DNA from: Amoebidium appalachense
Lineage: Eukaryota > Protista > Ichthyosporea
Length of the DNA: 64,000 nucleotides
Assembly: GCA_963693365.1 (NCBI GenBank)
Contig: CAVNZM010000001.1
Span: 12,302,161-12,366,160 of the forward strand
Direction: 5' to 3'
Shown piece after piece: positions 18,543 through 40,085 of the stretch. Position 1 is the stretch's first letter. Each line of letters begins with the position of its first letter. A model generated the notes under the pieces. The model made no database searches and had not been told where the DNA came from. It was given only the letters and a program-made list of their open reading frames with translations. The position numbers and the translations under genes were made by a program.

Positions 18543-18878
18543 CGCCCCAAAACAACAACAACCCACCCATCCCCACTCTCTCCCCTTCTCTCCCTCTCCC
18601 TTGGAAAATCCCGTGTTAGGTAATGGGCAAGAACAAAGGGCAAAGATGAGGTGAAAAGAGGGGGGAAGGTAAGCAAGGGTAGGCAGAGAGGTAATGTGAG
18701 AACGAGAGAGGGAGGGGGGGGGGAGGGGGGGGACGAGAACGAGAGAGGGGGGGGGGGGGGGGGGGGGTATGTTTACTTCAGCAAACAAGCAAACACATCA
18801 CAAGGTGCCACAAAGTAAATAAATGAAAGCACCAAACAGAGAACCAGGCAGCTGTGAAAGCAGGAAAACCACTAAAAA

Positions 18879-18918
<40 letters not shown>

Positions 18919-19263
18919 AGGGGGGAGGGGAGTAAGAATGTGGGTGTTTCTGACTCGCCGACACATTCAAAACGGACAACACAATGGAGGCAGAACTATG
19001 GAATGGAAAGGGAAAAAAACAAAAGAAAAAAGAAAAAAAACACGCACTGCAAGCAGAGCCCGTTCTCGAAGCCTGGGGAAAGGGGGAGGGGTGGGGGTTC
19101 CAAAAATAAAGGGAGGGGAGGGGGGATTCTATACCAGACAGCTATTATCACCGGCGCCACAGCCAATACCACCAGCGCCTTCCCTGTCCACATGGCAGCA
19201 TTGGCTGTGTGCTAGCCACTGTAGCGCACAAACACACGGGCACACATGCGCGGGCGCGCGCGC

Positions 19264-19355
<92 letters not shown>

Positions 19356-19551
19356 TTGTGAGGGGGGGGGGGGGGGGGGAGGAGGAGGAGGGGGAGAGTA
19401 AATATAGCCAAACGAGCACCCAGTTAGATCTGAATCACCACACCTGCAACTAATCAACCCCTTCAATGAAGACCAGGCTGATAGCCCCCCCCTCCCCCCC
19501 TTTGTGTGTGTGCGTGTGCTTGTTGTGTTGTGTTAGGTGAGGAGGGGAATG

Positions 19552-19605
<54 letters not shown>

Positions 19606-19682
19606 GTGTGTGTGTGTTTGTGTGTATATTTCTCTCTCTGTGTGTGTGTGTGTGTGTGTGTGTCTGCGTGGTTGTGTGTGCT

Positions 19683-19715
<33 letters not shown>

Positions 19716-20160
19716 GGACGTGCGTGCTGTTGTGTGCGTGTTTGTTCAGGCGCATTAGCACGTTAGAAATCGCGGAGGGAGAAGAGAGGTCAAGGAGGAA
19801 GTCAGCAGAGGTATAGTATGAAGTGTCTTGCAATGACAACTGGGCAAACAGAACACGTCAACGTTATGCGACTATAGACAAAAAAACAAAACGGGGTTGG
19901 CCTATCCTGAGGGGGAAAAGAGGGAGGAAAAGGGGGGGGAAGGAGGGGGGGGGGGGGGGGGGGGGGGAGGGGTTGATGATGCGCGCGCAAAAAAAGAAAG
20001 GCGTCTTGGAGAATGGGGAAATGAGACACACCAACTGAATAGCCGGTAACTGCTCGCCAAAAGGGAAAAAAAAAAAAAAGGAAAGAGAAAAAACTAGCAA
20101 GAAAGAATCTGAAAAGCTAAGGGAAAGGGTGGGGGAGGGGGGGGGGGGGGGGGGGGGGGG

Positions 20161-20417
<257 letters not shown>

Positions 20418-20640
20418 TGAGAGAAACTGCAATTCACACAACGGGACATATCACACGTATGCACATGGTACAAACAATTCGTGCAAACAGTAAAAACACT
20501 TCATGCACACAGTGAAATGACTTCATGCACACAGTGAAAAAACTTCATGGACACGGTGAAAACGGGGTCCACCCACGAGCCGTGTCTCCGTACTACATGC
20601 GTGGGCAGCCCCTGAAGTTGTTGGCTTCAGGGGGGAACTT

Positions 20641-20680
<40 letters not shown>

Positions 20681-20716
20681 TGTGTGCGCGTGTGTGCGTG
20701 TGTGCGTGCGTGTGCG

Positions 20717-20873
<157 letters not shown>

Positions 20874-21198
20874 CCCTTCAGGGGAGGATGAGGGAGAGGG
20901 GGGATTGTAATAGCATGGTAAGTTTTGACCGTGAAGAAAAAGGTGAAAGAGGAGACGAGGTTAGTTGGTGCAGGGGGAGAGTAAGATAAGGTACCGTATG
21001 TCAGGTGGCTCACACAAAATAATGCCCAAATTTAGTAAACACCATAATCTCATCCCAACCACCTAAAGCAGCCCGCAAGAGAAGGACAGGTTGTGCCAAC
21101 CTCTCCTCCCGTCCTCTAGATCTCCCCATTCCTCCCTTCCTCCCTCCCCCCCCCCCCCCCCCCCCCTCTCCCCCCCCCCCCTCCCCCCCCCCCCCCCA

Positions 21199-21230
<32 letters not shown>

Positions 21231-21902
21231 AAAAGTGGAAACAGAGTAAAAAGAAATAAGCTCCCCCCTCTCCCCTCCCAAAAAGAAAAGAAAAGAAAAG
21301 AAAAAGAAAGAAAAGATTCAGAAAAAGAAAGAAAAGATTCAGAAAATAAACATCGTACCTGTCCGCCCAGCCAGCTGAACTCCCTGGGGCTGCACGAACA
21401 TATCATGTGGTTCTCCCCTCCCCCACCCTCCCCAACCCCACCACCCACCCACCCACCCACACACACACAGAAAGAGAGAAAACAGTGAGTGATATGGGGA
21501 GAGAGGGAGGGGTAAGGGGGAGATACATTTATACCGTGGAGAGATACAGAGGATGGGCGCCTATACTGAGCTTAAGGTGTGCCACATGGGTAGTCCAATT
21601 TTGTCACTATTCCCCCCTCCCCCCCCCCCCCCCCCCCCCCCCTTCCCCCCTCCCCCTATCCCCGGGCCTGCCCCAAACACACATAGTCTCTCCTTCTCCC
21701 TCCCCCCCTCACTCTGTAAGTGTGCACATGCGCGCTTGTGTGCGTGGCCTGTGTCAATCCAGCCAGTAGATGTGTGCGTGTGTTTTTATACCCTCATTTT
21801 TGTATCCATGTCGCTACCCACTGCTATCCAATCTCCCCCCTCCCCCCCCCTCCCCACCACCACCACCACCACCAACACCGCCCCAAACCCACACACCCAC
21901 AC

Positions 21903-21969
<67 letters not shown>

Positions 21970-21976
21970 ACCCACC

Positions 21977-22023
<47 letters not shown>

Positions 22024-22190
22024 CAACTTCCCCCCACCCTTCCCCTCCCCCCCTCTTTGCCCACCCCTCAAATACCTGCATTCTATCCACAACAGCCCCA
22101 TACTATTCCCTTCTCCGTTTCCTCCACACCACAGCTCGCAGGCTCATACCCACATTTCTGTTCCATTAAGTCCCACCGCTTCACTCGACC

Positions 22191-22227
<37 letters not shown>

Positions 22228-23574
22228 CTTCCGCCCCCTTCACCCAAGCACTCACACACCTCTTCTCTGATCCCTTCCTCACTCGCAGCGCCCCCCTGCC
22301 TGCCCACACGACCACAAAGTACACCAACGCAAACACAACTCTGCACATACAGACACAGCTCCACACACGCACAACACAACGAAGGTCAAGCACCAGATAG
22401 GACGATCGGGTTTCGTGTACGCCTGCAGGCGCCTATATTCACTGTATGCACGTATGCAAAAGCCCAAGACAGTCCCCTATCACCCCCTCCTCCCCTCCCC
22501 CCCGCCCTCCCCACTCATCCCTTGCTCCCCATCTCACCTCGATCGACTTCTGTCTCACGCCACTATTACCACACCCTTCATCCCCCCCCCCCCCCCCCCC
22601 CCCCCCAGCTCTCTTTCAAGATGTTGACAGCGCTAACACAGGAGCAGAAACATGCACCTTGACAAGCGGAAATAACACAAGCGCACAAGCATACGGTCAA
22701 TACACTTTGCCCAAGCACATAACACCTTACCAAGATGGTGCACAGCCCATAAACGTAGTTGTAGTTTCTTGCTTGAAGTTTTAATCTTTTAAGTGCCCCA
22801 ATTTGACACTTTTTATTTCAACACACAAGTCACTGATCATATCCTAATGCTTGAAGCTGGTACGTATTTACAAGAGAGAGAAGCGACGAGATCCAGTTTC
22901 ACAGAAAAGAGAAACGTGGGTTGTGAAGGAGAGGAGGACAACAAGGGCTTGTCGATAATAAGGGGCTCAGGGGGGCGGAGAGGGGCCGAGGGGCGGAGGC
23001 TGGAAGCGGGAGGGTGGGTGGGGGGTGGGGGGTTATGGGTGGCAGCGAAAGAGGGGGGGGGGGGGGGGCACTAGCTAATAATATAAGCATGCATATTATA
23101 TTTGGTATACAACTCAATTAACGTGCAACGATGAACATGGAAGTGATAGTGGGTAATAATTCGTTTCCAGGTAGGGTGTTTGCGCAATCAAGGATGTGGC
23201 GGGAAACGTCAGCCAATCGGGTAACCGCGCGCTGTGCGCCAGACCGTGCGCCGGGCCTCGCCTGCATGCAGTCGCCTCCGAAGTCGCCGGCTGCCACAGT
23301 ACAGTACACACCCGCGCCCTGCGCCCCCCCCCCCCCCCCCCCCCTCCTTCCCCTCTTCCCACCTCCCGAGTCCTTATCAATGTTCCCACCTCCCCAGCTG
23401 CACACACACACACACAACACACACACACACACATACAGACATCCAGAAACATCCACATCGGCACCGTGACACCCCCCCCCCCCCCCCCCCCCCCCCACGC
23501 AGTACAGTACACACCCCCGCCCTGCGTCCCCTTCCCCTCTTCCCACCTCCCTACCAATCTTCCCACCTCCCCAG

Positions 23575-23613
<39 letters not shown>

Positions 23614-23643
23614 GCACACACACACATACACACACACACACAC

Positions 23644-23886
23644 CCCTCCGTTTTGGTCAAAGGCACTCAAAGGGAAGTGGCTTCGGCACAACAGAAGGCG
23701 CGGGTACTTGCCCTCACTACTTAATCTTAACGCACTAGCAATGTAATCGTCAGTCCGTCCCACTCTCTTGAGAAACTGTTTGCGTCTCTGTGCTGCATTT
23801 GAGCCCATGGGAAGGTAAACGAAATGTCCCTGGCCGTTTTTCTGCACTGTGGCATTGCACAGCACGTGGCAGCAGCTAGTCACCAT
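23644..23886 (-). CDS. THAP-like (C2CH) zinc-finger exon, probably a DNA-transposon remnant
   Basis: MVTSCCHVLCNATVQKNGQGHFVYLP...RRKQFLKRVGR...LLLCRSHFPLSAF shows an N-terminal C-x4-C, a conserved P and a CxxHF motif. The THAP Trp is replaced by Phe. The exon ends at a GT inside (GT)n. No transposase core was found downstream. Confidence 0.6.
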
Positions 23887-24445
23887 GCTTGCCCACTTCA
23901 GCTGTGCTAATGAGTAGAAGAAAAAGGGAAAGACTAACTTTGTTCCACTGTCTACAGCTACTCTAAGAAGCAACGTTTTTAAACCACACAGTCCCAACTT
24001 ACTCGCTAAAAAAAACACCCCAACCCTAAGCGAAAGGCTTCTTTCTCTCTCGACTCTGCTAAGGGCACCAACCGTCCCACTACTCCGGCGGCCAGGGGTT
24101 GAAAATCAATCAAGAAAAAGAGCATCAAACTACCCCCCGCACCGCCGGCATTCGATGCAATTGATACCCCCATCCGATCAATAATTTTCCAGCCCTAGCG
24201 CACGCGCGCCGCAATCTATTTTTGGCATAGTACTAAGGGTTTTTTAATCGGTCTATTGAGATGGCACATTCAGCGATCACTGGACTCTATCGAACCGTCG
24301 AGGCGCCGCGACAGAAAGCATGCACGCGGTCCGAGAGTGTAACTCGCCTGCAGCGAACGTAAAGTTCATCGCAGCGCGTGCAAACCGTCAGTACGTGTGA
24401 GGTCGCCGGTAGCCGCGCGCGCACACACGAACACACACGCACGCA

Positions 24446-24477
<32 letters not shown>

Positions 24478-26075
24478 CACCTCCGCGCGCGCGGGCGTCG
24501 TGCGTGTACAAACACAAAAACAACAGACAAAAACAAAAGCACTTACTAAGCAGGGAGCACACACAAGCGCGCGCGCGCGTAGCACGGTAGTGTAGGGGTA
24601 GTCAGGTGCTAGTACGTTTAGGTGTTATGTAAGCTTGTTATCTATCTATCATAACTAAGCCGCGCTTACGCGTGGGTTACCCCTCGAGCACACTGCACGG
24701 CGCCACGTGTGGAACATCAAAGCAACACAGGCACACACCGCGGCGCACTGTCATACATCATCTGCACGTCCTTGCACTGCCTCCGCACTCACCCTTGCAC
24801 ACACGCGCACGCATCCACGCACGTCCGCACGCTCGAACTCACCCATGCACACACGCGCACGCATCCAGACACATCCGCACGCTGGCTGGCACTCACGCTG
24901 GCTCTCTCGCTCTCTCGCACACGCACGCACGCACATTCGCTTGCACGTACGCACGCACACGCACGTACACACGCCCGCACGCTCGTACGCATGCACGCCC
25001 ACGCGCCCACCACGCACACCCGCATACAGCCACACAGACCTGGGACGTGGCACTGGGAGCCTTGACACGCGCGCAGACAAGTGCGGCACACACACGTACA
25101 CAAGGGCACGCACACGCACATCTGCAGGCGCGCGCGCCCCACACCAGACACGCACACACCCTCACAGCCACTGCCACACGCACGAAATATATATTAAAAG
25201 TTCTAATACCGAAAATCAAAGTGGAATGTTTCAATTTGAATGTGCGGGGAGGGGGGGGGGGGGGGGGGGGGGGGGGAGGGGGGAAGAGGGTTTCTAACAT
25301 GTACTGCAATACTATTAGTAAGGTACTTTCAAAGAAGGGCCACAGGGGATGTTACGAGTAAGGACTGAGAAGAGGGAAAAGTTGTGGTGGGGTGTGTAGG
25401 GCCTACTGTAGCTCGAGGGCAGAAAGGGAACCGGAAGAGGAGGCAGGGAAAAGGAGGGTTGTGCGAGAGGGGGGGGGGGGGGGGGGGCTCGAGGGAGGGG
25501 AGCTTGAAACCTTAGAAATAACATTTTGAGCTTTCATGCGTGTGACAAACATTATTGCGTGCACATGCTAGTGTGGTGTGCCAAGGGCCTCACGTTCATG
25601 TTGTGGGCAGTCGGACCACTGAGAGTTTCAACCAACATGGTTTGGGAAAAATGATGTGACACCGAGTCCATGTATTTCAAGAAATTCTCACATACATACC
25701 ATGTCCCTCATGCCTCGAGCTCAGTCATCAGGGTACCGGCAAGCCTTCCTCGCATAAATAAAAAAACAACGAACAAACCACCGACAATATTTTCATTTCT
25801 ACTGTGCCTGGCAGCCCATGTTTTATTGAATCGGACGGCATCATTTGAAACAGTATTGAGCACTGTCAAGGATAAAAGAGGGGGGGGAAAGCCACTATAG
25901 TTTTCAGCAGCTCATGACAATATCAGAAACAGGTCCTCCTGCCGCAAAACTTTACTTGTTTCTCTAAGACATATAATGCATTGTTTTCAACACGTATAGA
26001 CAGAACACTCCCTGCTTTCTATATTTCAAGTTGCACATATGCTGCAGTAATCACATAAACTCCGCCTATTGGTTC

Positions 26076-26780
26076 TCACACGCCGCGGCGCCTTGCAGCC
26101 CTCCTGACCCCCTTTTGTCCTCCACCGACACCCTGTCGACTGCCGGTCCGAGTCAGCGTGCCATCAGGCAGCCTGTAGCAGACACCGAGAAACGCCCTCT
26201 GGCGTTCCTCTTCATTCGCAAAGTCGTACCCCTGAAGCAGTGCGACCCTTACACAAGTTCCAGTGGCAACGTGCGCACCATCTCCGATCTTGAGGAGCGC
26301 CCGCCTGTAGGCCTCCGTGTCGTCAATGTTCGGAGCAAGCGCCTTCTCCTGCTGCGTCATGCCAGCGATATTGGCGGTGTTCAAGGCTGCCGTTTCAATG
26401 GTCCTGTGAAATAAAAGCAGTTGTGTCAGCGCTACTGTAAGCATGCTTGTACACCGAAAAATGTCATGATCACTTACATGATGATAACATCAGAACCACC
26501 AGAATATTAAATTGTTTTTAGAGAAATATAAAGAAATATAGTAAAAAAAAGTAGGAATAATACTCGAAAATACTATTTGGAATCCTCAGCGGCTTAATCA
26601 GAATAGAGTGAGTCTGGTGTGCCTTGAGCTGTGTAAACTCGGCATGCTGAGAATGCCAAAATGCCAGTACCCTAGGCCTTAAGGCCAGGTTCGGGATCAT
26701 TTAAGCCACGCTGTAAAAAAGTTTAACGAACCAGTTTGACAAACAAGAACGGCTAGCTATAGGTACTAGGATCCGGGGGT

Positions 26781-26816
<36 letters not shown>

Positions 26817-28380
26817 CTTCTTGATGATAAAATTCCAAGAGAGCGCAGCAACTCCAGTAATTGACCATGAATTCACCGGCAACAACATTGAACTGCACCA
26901 ATAATATTGGTCATGCCGCCCGGTGGGTGCAAAGCATGTTTTAGGGGGGGAGAGGGGGAGGGGGGGGGGGGGAGGGGGGGGGGGGGGTAACATACCTGCC
27001 CATCAACTGAAGCTGTAGGCCTGTGTCCGTCATATTGCGGCCATGTTCCTTGGTGTAGGAATGACTCACGCCAAACATGGTACGAAGCTTGGGCCCCACA
27101 CCATCCTTGATGGGCTGTCCTCCTCCCACCATGCACCTGTACATGTGCTTGTCATCGTTGCCCCCCCACCCCCTTGCACGCTTCAGTGGGACGGAGATGT
27201 CCATCTGCTCGGCCAGTTGAACCTTGTGGTAGGCCTTCTGCAAGTAAGACTGCACGGACTGTTGGCGCCTCACCGGATACCTGTTTTGAACAGAGGAGTA
27301 AGCTCAAGCAAATTGTGTCGGGAACTGTACAACGTCATAGTGTATCATGGTGATTCAGTGTCACGCTAAATTGGGACCATTGTTTAGACTCTCGAGCTGG
27401 ACGTTTATATATATGCATCCACGTGGGCTCATGACGTTTTCCTTCCTGTTTCTAAGTGTGCACGTGGCAGTGTTCCAGGAGGGTGGGGGAAGAGAGTGGT
27501 TTGAACTTTCAAAAACGGTAGCATCTAGTTCTGGAACTCACCACTGTCCTAGGGAGTTAATTAATAAAAAATAATGGGGGGGGGGGGGGGGGGGGGGGTA
27601 ACTTGTTCTATTATTACGTATGGTGGCCACGACAAAAAAGTTACTCGTGACAGTGTACATGTGTGTGTTTGACTATGTGCGTGTGCGTGTGCGTGTGCGT
27701 GCGCGCGCGCGTGCGTGCGTGTAACATGTGTCTATAGTGTCACGGTGTGTACATGTGTACAGCGTGTGTGTGTGTGTTTGTGTGTACTGTGTGTGTGTGT
27801 ATGCTGGGTGTGGGGGAACTAGGGGAGTTGGAGGGGAGGGGGGGGGGGGGGGGGTAGGGGTTAGTACGTACCTCTCTGAGCGTTTGCCCATCTGGATGAC
27901 CTTGAAGTAGTTCTGCAGGCACAGCTTCAGAAAGTCAGTCAGAAACGTCAAAAGTCGCTGGGCGCGTTGAGTGTTGGTGTTCCTTGCTATGTGCTCCACA
28001 GCGTCAAGGTGCAGCTGCCCCTCCCCCGCATCTTGGCCGTCCGGGGGAGGTAGATACCACGTGTCTGTGTTGAGTATGTCTCGGTAGAAGGGGGTGGATG
28101 GCTGGTGCAGATTCTCGATAAGCGTGCGGTGCCTGATGCCTATCATCCTTGCTGCGTCGGCCACCCTTGCATAGTAACTGGAGGTGCGCACAATGTGCAG
28201 AACAATGAGGACAAGAAGGTCGCGGGACACGGGCAGGGGCGTCTCATCTTCACCCCTCTCCAGCGCCTGCTTTCTGGCCTCGCGGATGGCTGCGTCGACG
28301 ATTAACCCGGCCGTTGACTCCGCGTTCGCATCTTGTGCCGCTGTGATGTGTGCAAATGGGACGACTTCTTGATCAGCCAT
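26076..28380 (-). CDS. Three-exon gene, 373 aa, putative phage/large-DNA-virus antirepressor-like (AntA/MSV199-type) DNA-binding protein
   Basis: Exons 28380-27872, 27280-26996 and 26403-26076 are GT-AG; both introns are phase 2 and join in frame. Motif LHLDAVEHIARNTNTQRAQRLLTFL. The gene model is solid; the family call is by eye. Confidence 0.7.
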
Positions 28381-29353
28381 TTTCACGGTTGATAAGTTGC
28401 CAGTAGGAGGGAGCCCTGTAGTATGTGCGCACGTATACAGTGTATGCAAGAGACGAGAAAAAATTCAACCCTGATGCCCAGTAGAAAGCGGAAACTATTT
28501 GAATGGAAACAAATGAACAACTCCGACCGAAAGCTTTTCTTATTAATAGTACAGTAGCTAAAGTGAAGGGTTGAGAGACTTCTAACACTGTTGCCTTTTA
28601 CTGTATATGTTTTCAGATTCATGCTGATGATGTGAGCACACTGGCTGTTACACTAACAGAATTCTCACGGAGGGTTAGCTGATAAGGAGGGCAACTGACA
28701 GCTGGGCGGACTGTCAAAATTTAGGCACGATGTAAAATGAAAACCCTTTCATGCATTAAATGTTTGAGCTTAAAACTATTCCGCAAAAAAGAGAACTTAA
28801 TATCCTGAAGGAAAGAGACTGTTGTGGAAGTCTTCTGGCCTATATGTAGTAGGGTTGACCAGTGAGGTGGTATCATACCGACGACGATGCACACGAACAC
28901 GCACGAACCGTTGATGCATTTTTCTCTACAGAGCTACGAACCCTAACTTCAACTTCGAAAATGAGATTTATACTAAAGGAGAATTGCCAATTGCAAGGAC
29001 CGTTAATCATGGTGAGCCAGTTCGACTGTCACTTTCTGTGCACGTGTACTGCACCAACATATGGCCGTCATGAAAATTCCAGAAGTTTTCTGTTACATGT
29101 TGCTACGTAGCACACAACCCGTCACGGTGACGTGACGTGATCGGAACGCGTGCACGTGAATGATATTTGGTGATATGTCACATGTATATGTATACTCTAT
29201 ATATGGACGTCGTCGTTGTCAGAGAGGCTGCTCTAGTACTGTATCGTCTAGACAATATTATTGAAGTACTAACAAGGTTATTATGCCTTGTTAAATGACT
29301 TGAATGCAAAGGGCTTCTCCCCTCCTTTTTTTCCTTCTCCTCCTCCTCCTCCT

Positions 29354-29402
<49 letters not shown>

Positions 29403-29550
29403 CTTTGCCCCCTCTCAACGATTGCCCCAGGTTGAGTACACGTGTGTTTGGTTGGTTTTTTGGAGAAGGGGGGGGGAGGGGGGGGGGGGGGGGGGGGGGC
29501 AAATATATCGTGTTTGTAACTCTGCCCGGGTAGGGTCACACTGTGTATAT

Positions 29551-29820
29551 TTTTTTCTTTTGACTGGATTTATTCGACGGAAAGATATGCAAGTATGCAC
29601 GGCATACTGAGAAGACAATAAAAACTTTTTTTTTTTTCTTTTGACTGGATTTTTTCGACGGAAAGATATGCAAGTATGCACGGCATACTGAGAAGACAAT
29701 AAAAACTTCACGAGTTATCCAGTAACAAGTGCATACTGAGATACCTGAACACTGTGTGAAAAACTTCACGAGTTATCCAGTAACAAGTGCATACTGAGAT
29801 ACCTGATCACTGTGTGAAAA
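29551..29820 (+). repeat. Two adjacent tandem duplications (~80 bp x2 and ~58 bp x2)
   Basis: ttgactggatt...gagaagacaataaaaactt occurs twice, then cacgagttatccagtaacaagtgcatactgagatacctga..actgtgtgaaaa occurs twice. Both units share gcatactgaga. Confidence 0.9.
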
Positions 29821-30749
29821 TCATATAAATACTCAATGTGACGACCAACAGAATTCAACAAAAAGTCTAAAGTGTTCACATTGCCAGCTAGTGTAGCAGA
29901 TACCCGGAGGGAAAGAGGTAAAACGCGACATAAAAATTCACACCTATCAACATGCTTGCGATTAAAAAGGTCAGCACAAAAGTGGCACCAGCGGCGATGA
30001 AAACAAGAATTACAGCGCCACTGCACAACTTCCCAGGCATTATCAACATCAGAAATGTGTATATTGTCCGGGCGCCCGGGGGGATGGAGGGAGGGAGGGA
30101 GGGGGGGAGAGGGGGAGGGAGGGACGGAGGGAGGGAGGGGGGGGGGGGGGGGGGGGGGGGCTCTCGTGCGTGCGCGCCCACACCTGACCAGTGTGCGCGC
30201 AAACACGCATGTGTGAGCATGTGTGCGTGGCCGCAGTTAAGTGTTCATGTGTGTTCAAATTTGGGTAGGTGGGGGGAAAGGGGGAGGGGTGGGCGCGGGC
30301 GGAGGGGTGGGGGTGGGAAGAGGGGTGGGGCACCGGTGGGGCCAAAATTTAAGATAATGCCAGCTTTCGATTCTTTTGGTGATAACGCACATGTTGTACA
30401 TCTGACCGTACGTACTCATCGATATGAAATCAAACGGACTAGCAGGTACCCGCGACATCGGCATAACAGGAAACATAAATTCAGGGCAACAGACTCTTGC
30501 AACATCATAACCATCACTTGCTACAGTGGTAATGAGTGGCCATTCGTCATCCAAACCGCTCACCAGAAAAAGAAAGAGATTCAATCATTCTTGAATATAA
30601 CAACAAAAATGTCTACTATATATGTACCGATAGATCTACTCTCCAATAGGAATCAACCATTAAAACTTTAACCCTTCAAGTTTCTCCGTGACATTCAACA
30701 ACTGATGCCATAGATCCACATTCAAACGACCCCAGTACATCCAATTTAA

Positions 30750-31100
30750 ACAGCGCGTACACAAGATAATGCACCAATGAAAAACAATCACCGTGACATT
30801 GCACCTGTAAAATCGTGCAATCTTGTCCACTCATACTTCCAACAGCACAGACACATCTAAGAAAATACAAGCAAGAAATGACACTTCCTCATAAATGCCT
30901 CCTTCTTACCTGCTAAATTATGAACAATCCAAATACGCGTACGCATGATAATTAATCAATGAACTTCAGCCATCATGACATTGCACCCATTGGAAAATCT
31001 ACCGTGCATGCCCAAACAGCACCAATACATGTGATCCAAATACGCGTACACATGACATTGAACCAATGAATTTCAGAAGTGATGATATTGCACCAACGAA
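30750..31100. repeat. Degenerate direct-repeat array in the 3' UTR/flank of the RBR gene
   Basis: Six to seven imperfect TGAYATTGCACCAAT cores; alternate copies are preceded by AAATACGCGTACAC. Confidence 0.7.
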
Positions 31101-31119
31101 AACCAACCATTTTGTCCGC

Positions 31120-39493
<8,374 letters not shown>

Positions 39494-40053
39494 CCTGCTC
39501 CCGTGAAACCTGCTGAACACACCAATCAGACCACGGAGGATAAAGCAGACGCAAGATTGCTAAAAACGAAAAAAAAAAAAAAAAAAAAAGGGGGGGGGGG
39601 GGGGGGGAGGGGGGGGGGGGGGGGGGTGGGGTGAGGGTGCAAGTGGCAGTTTGCAGATAGAGGTGACATGAGAAAATAGAAGAAACACAAAAATGTTAGA
39701 AAGACGGTAGCTAGAAACATAAACGATTGACTGGGTTGAAACTGCGCGATAATAGGCTGCGGAAATTGGTTCTCACATTGATGCCAAAAGAAAACAACAA
39801 CGACCGCGCACACGCGCGCACAAAAAGCCGCCAGATCTGAACACGTCCAAAAGAACGAACACCCGATCACGCACCAATTCATCTACACCTACCTATGCCA
39901 AGCGTGATTATCACTTTTAACAAGACACGTATCCACACTTAAGAACTCGTTAGAGCTCAACTGCATGTTTCCATGGTAGCCTTGTTGCTATCCCTGCCCT
40001 TTTCTTCCCCATTCCCTCTCGGAAAACACACCCAATTAACACACCCACAGGGG

Positions 40054-40085
<32 letters not shown>

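Noticed and set aside
30750-31100. CRISPR-like repeat/spacer appearance (also 17695-18110)
   Set aside because: The repeats are degenerate and irregular, there are no cas genes, and the context is a eukaryotic 3' UTR.
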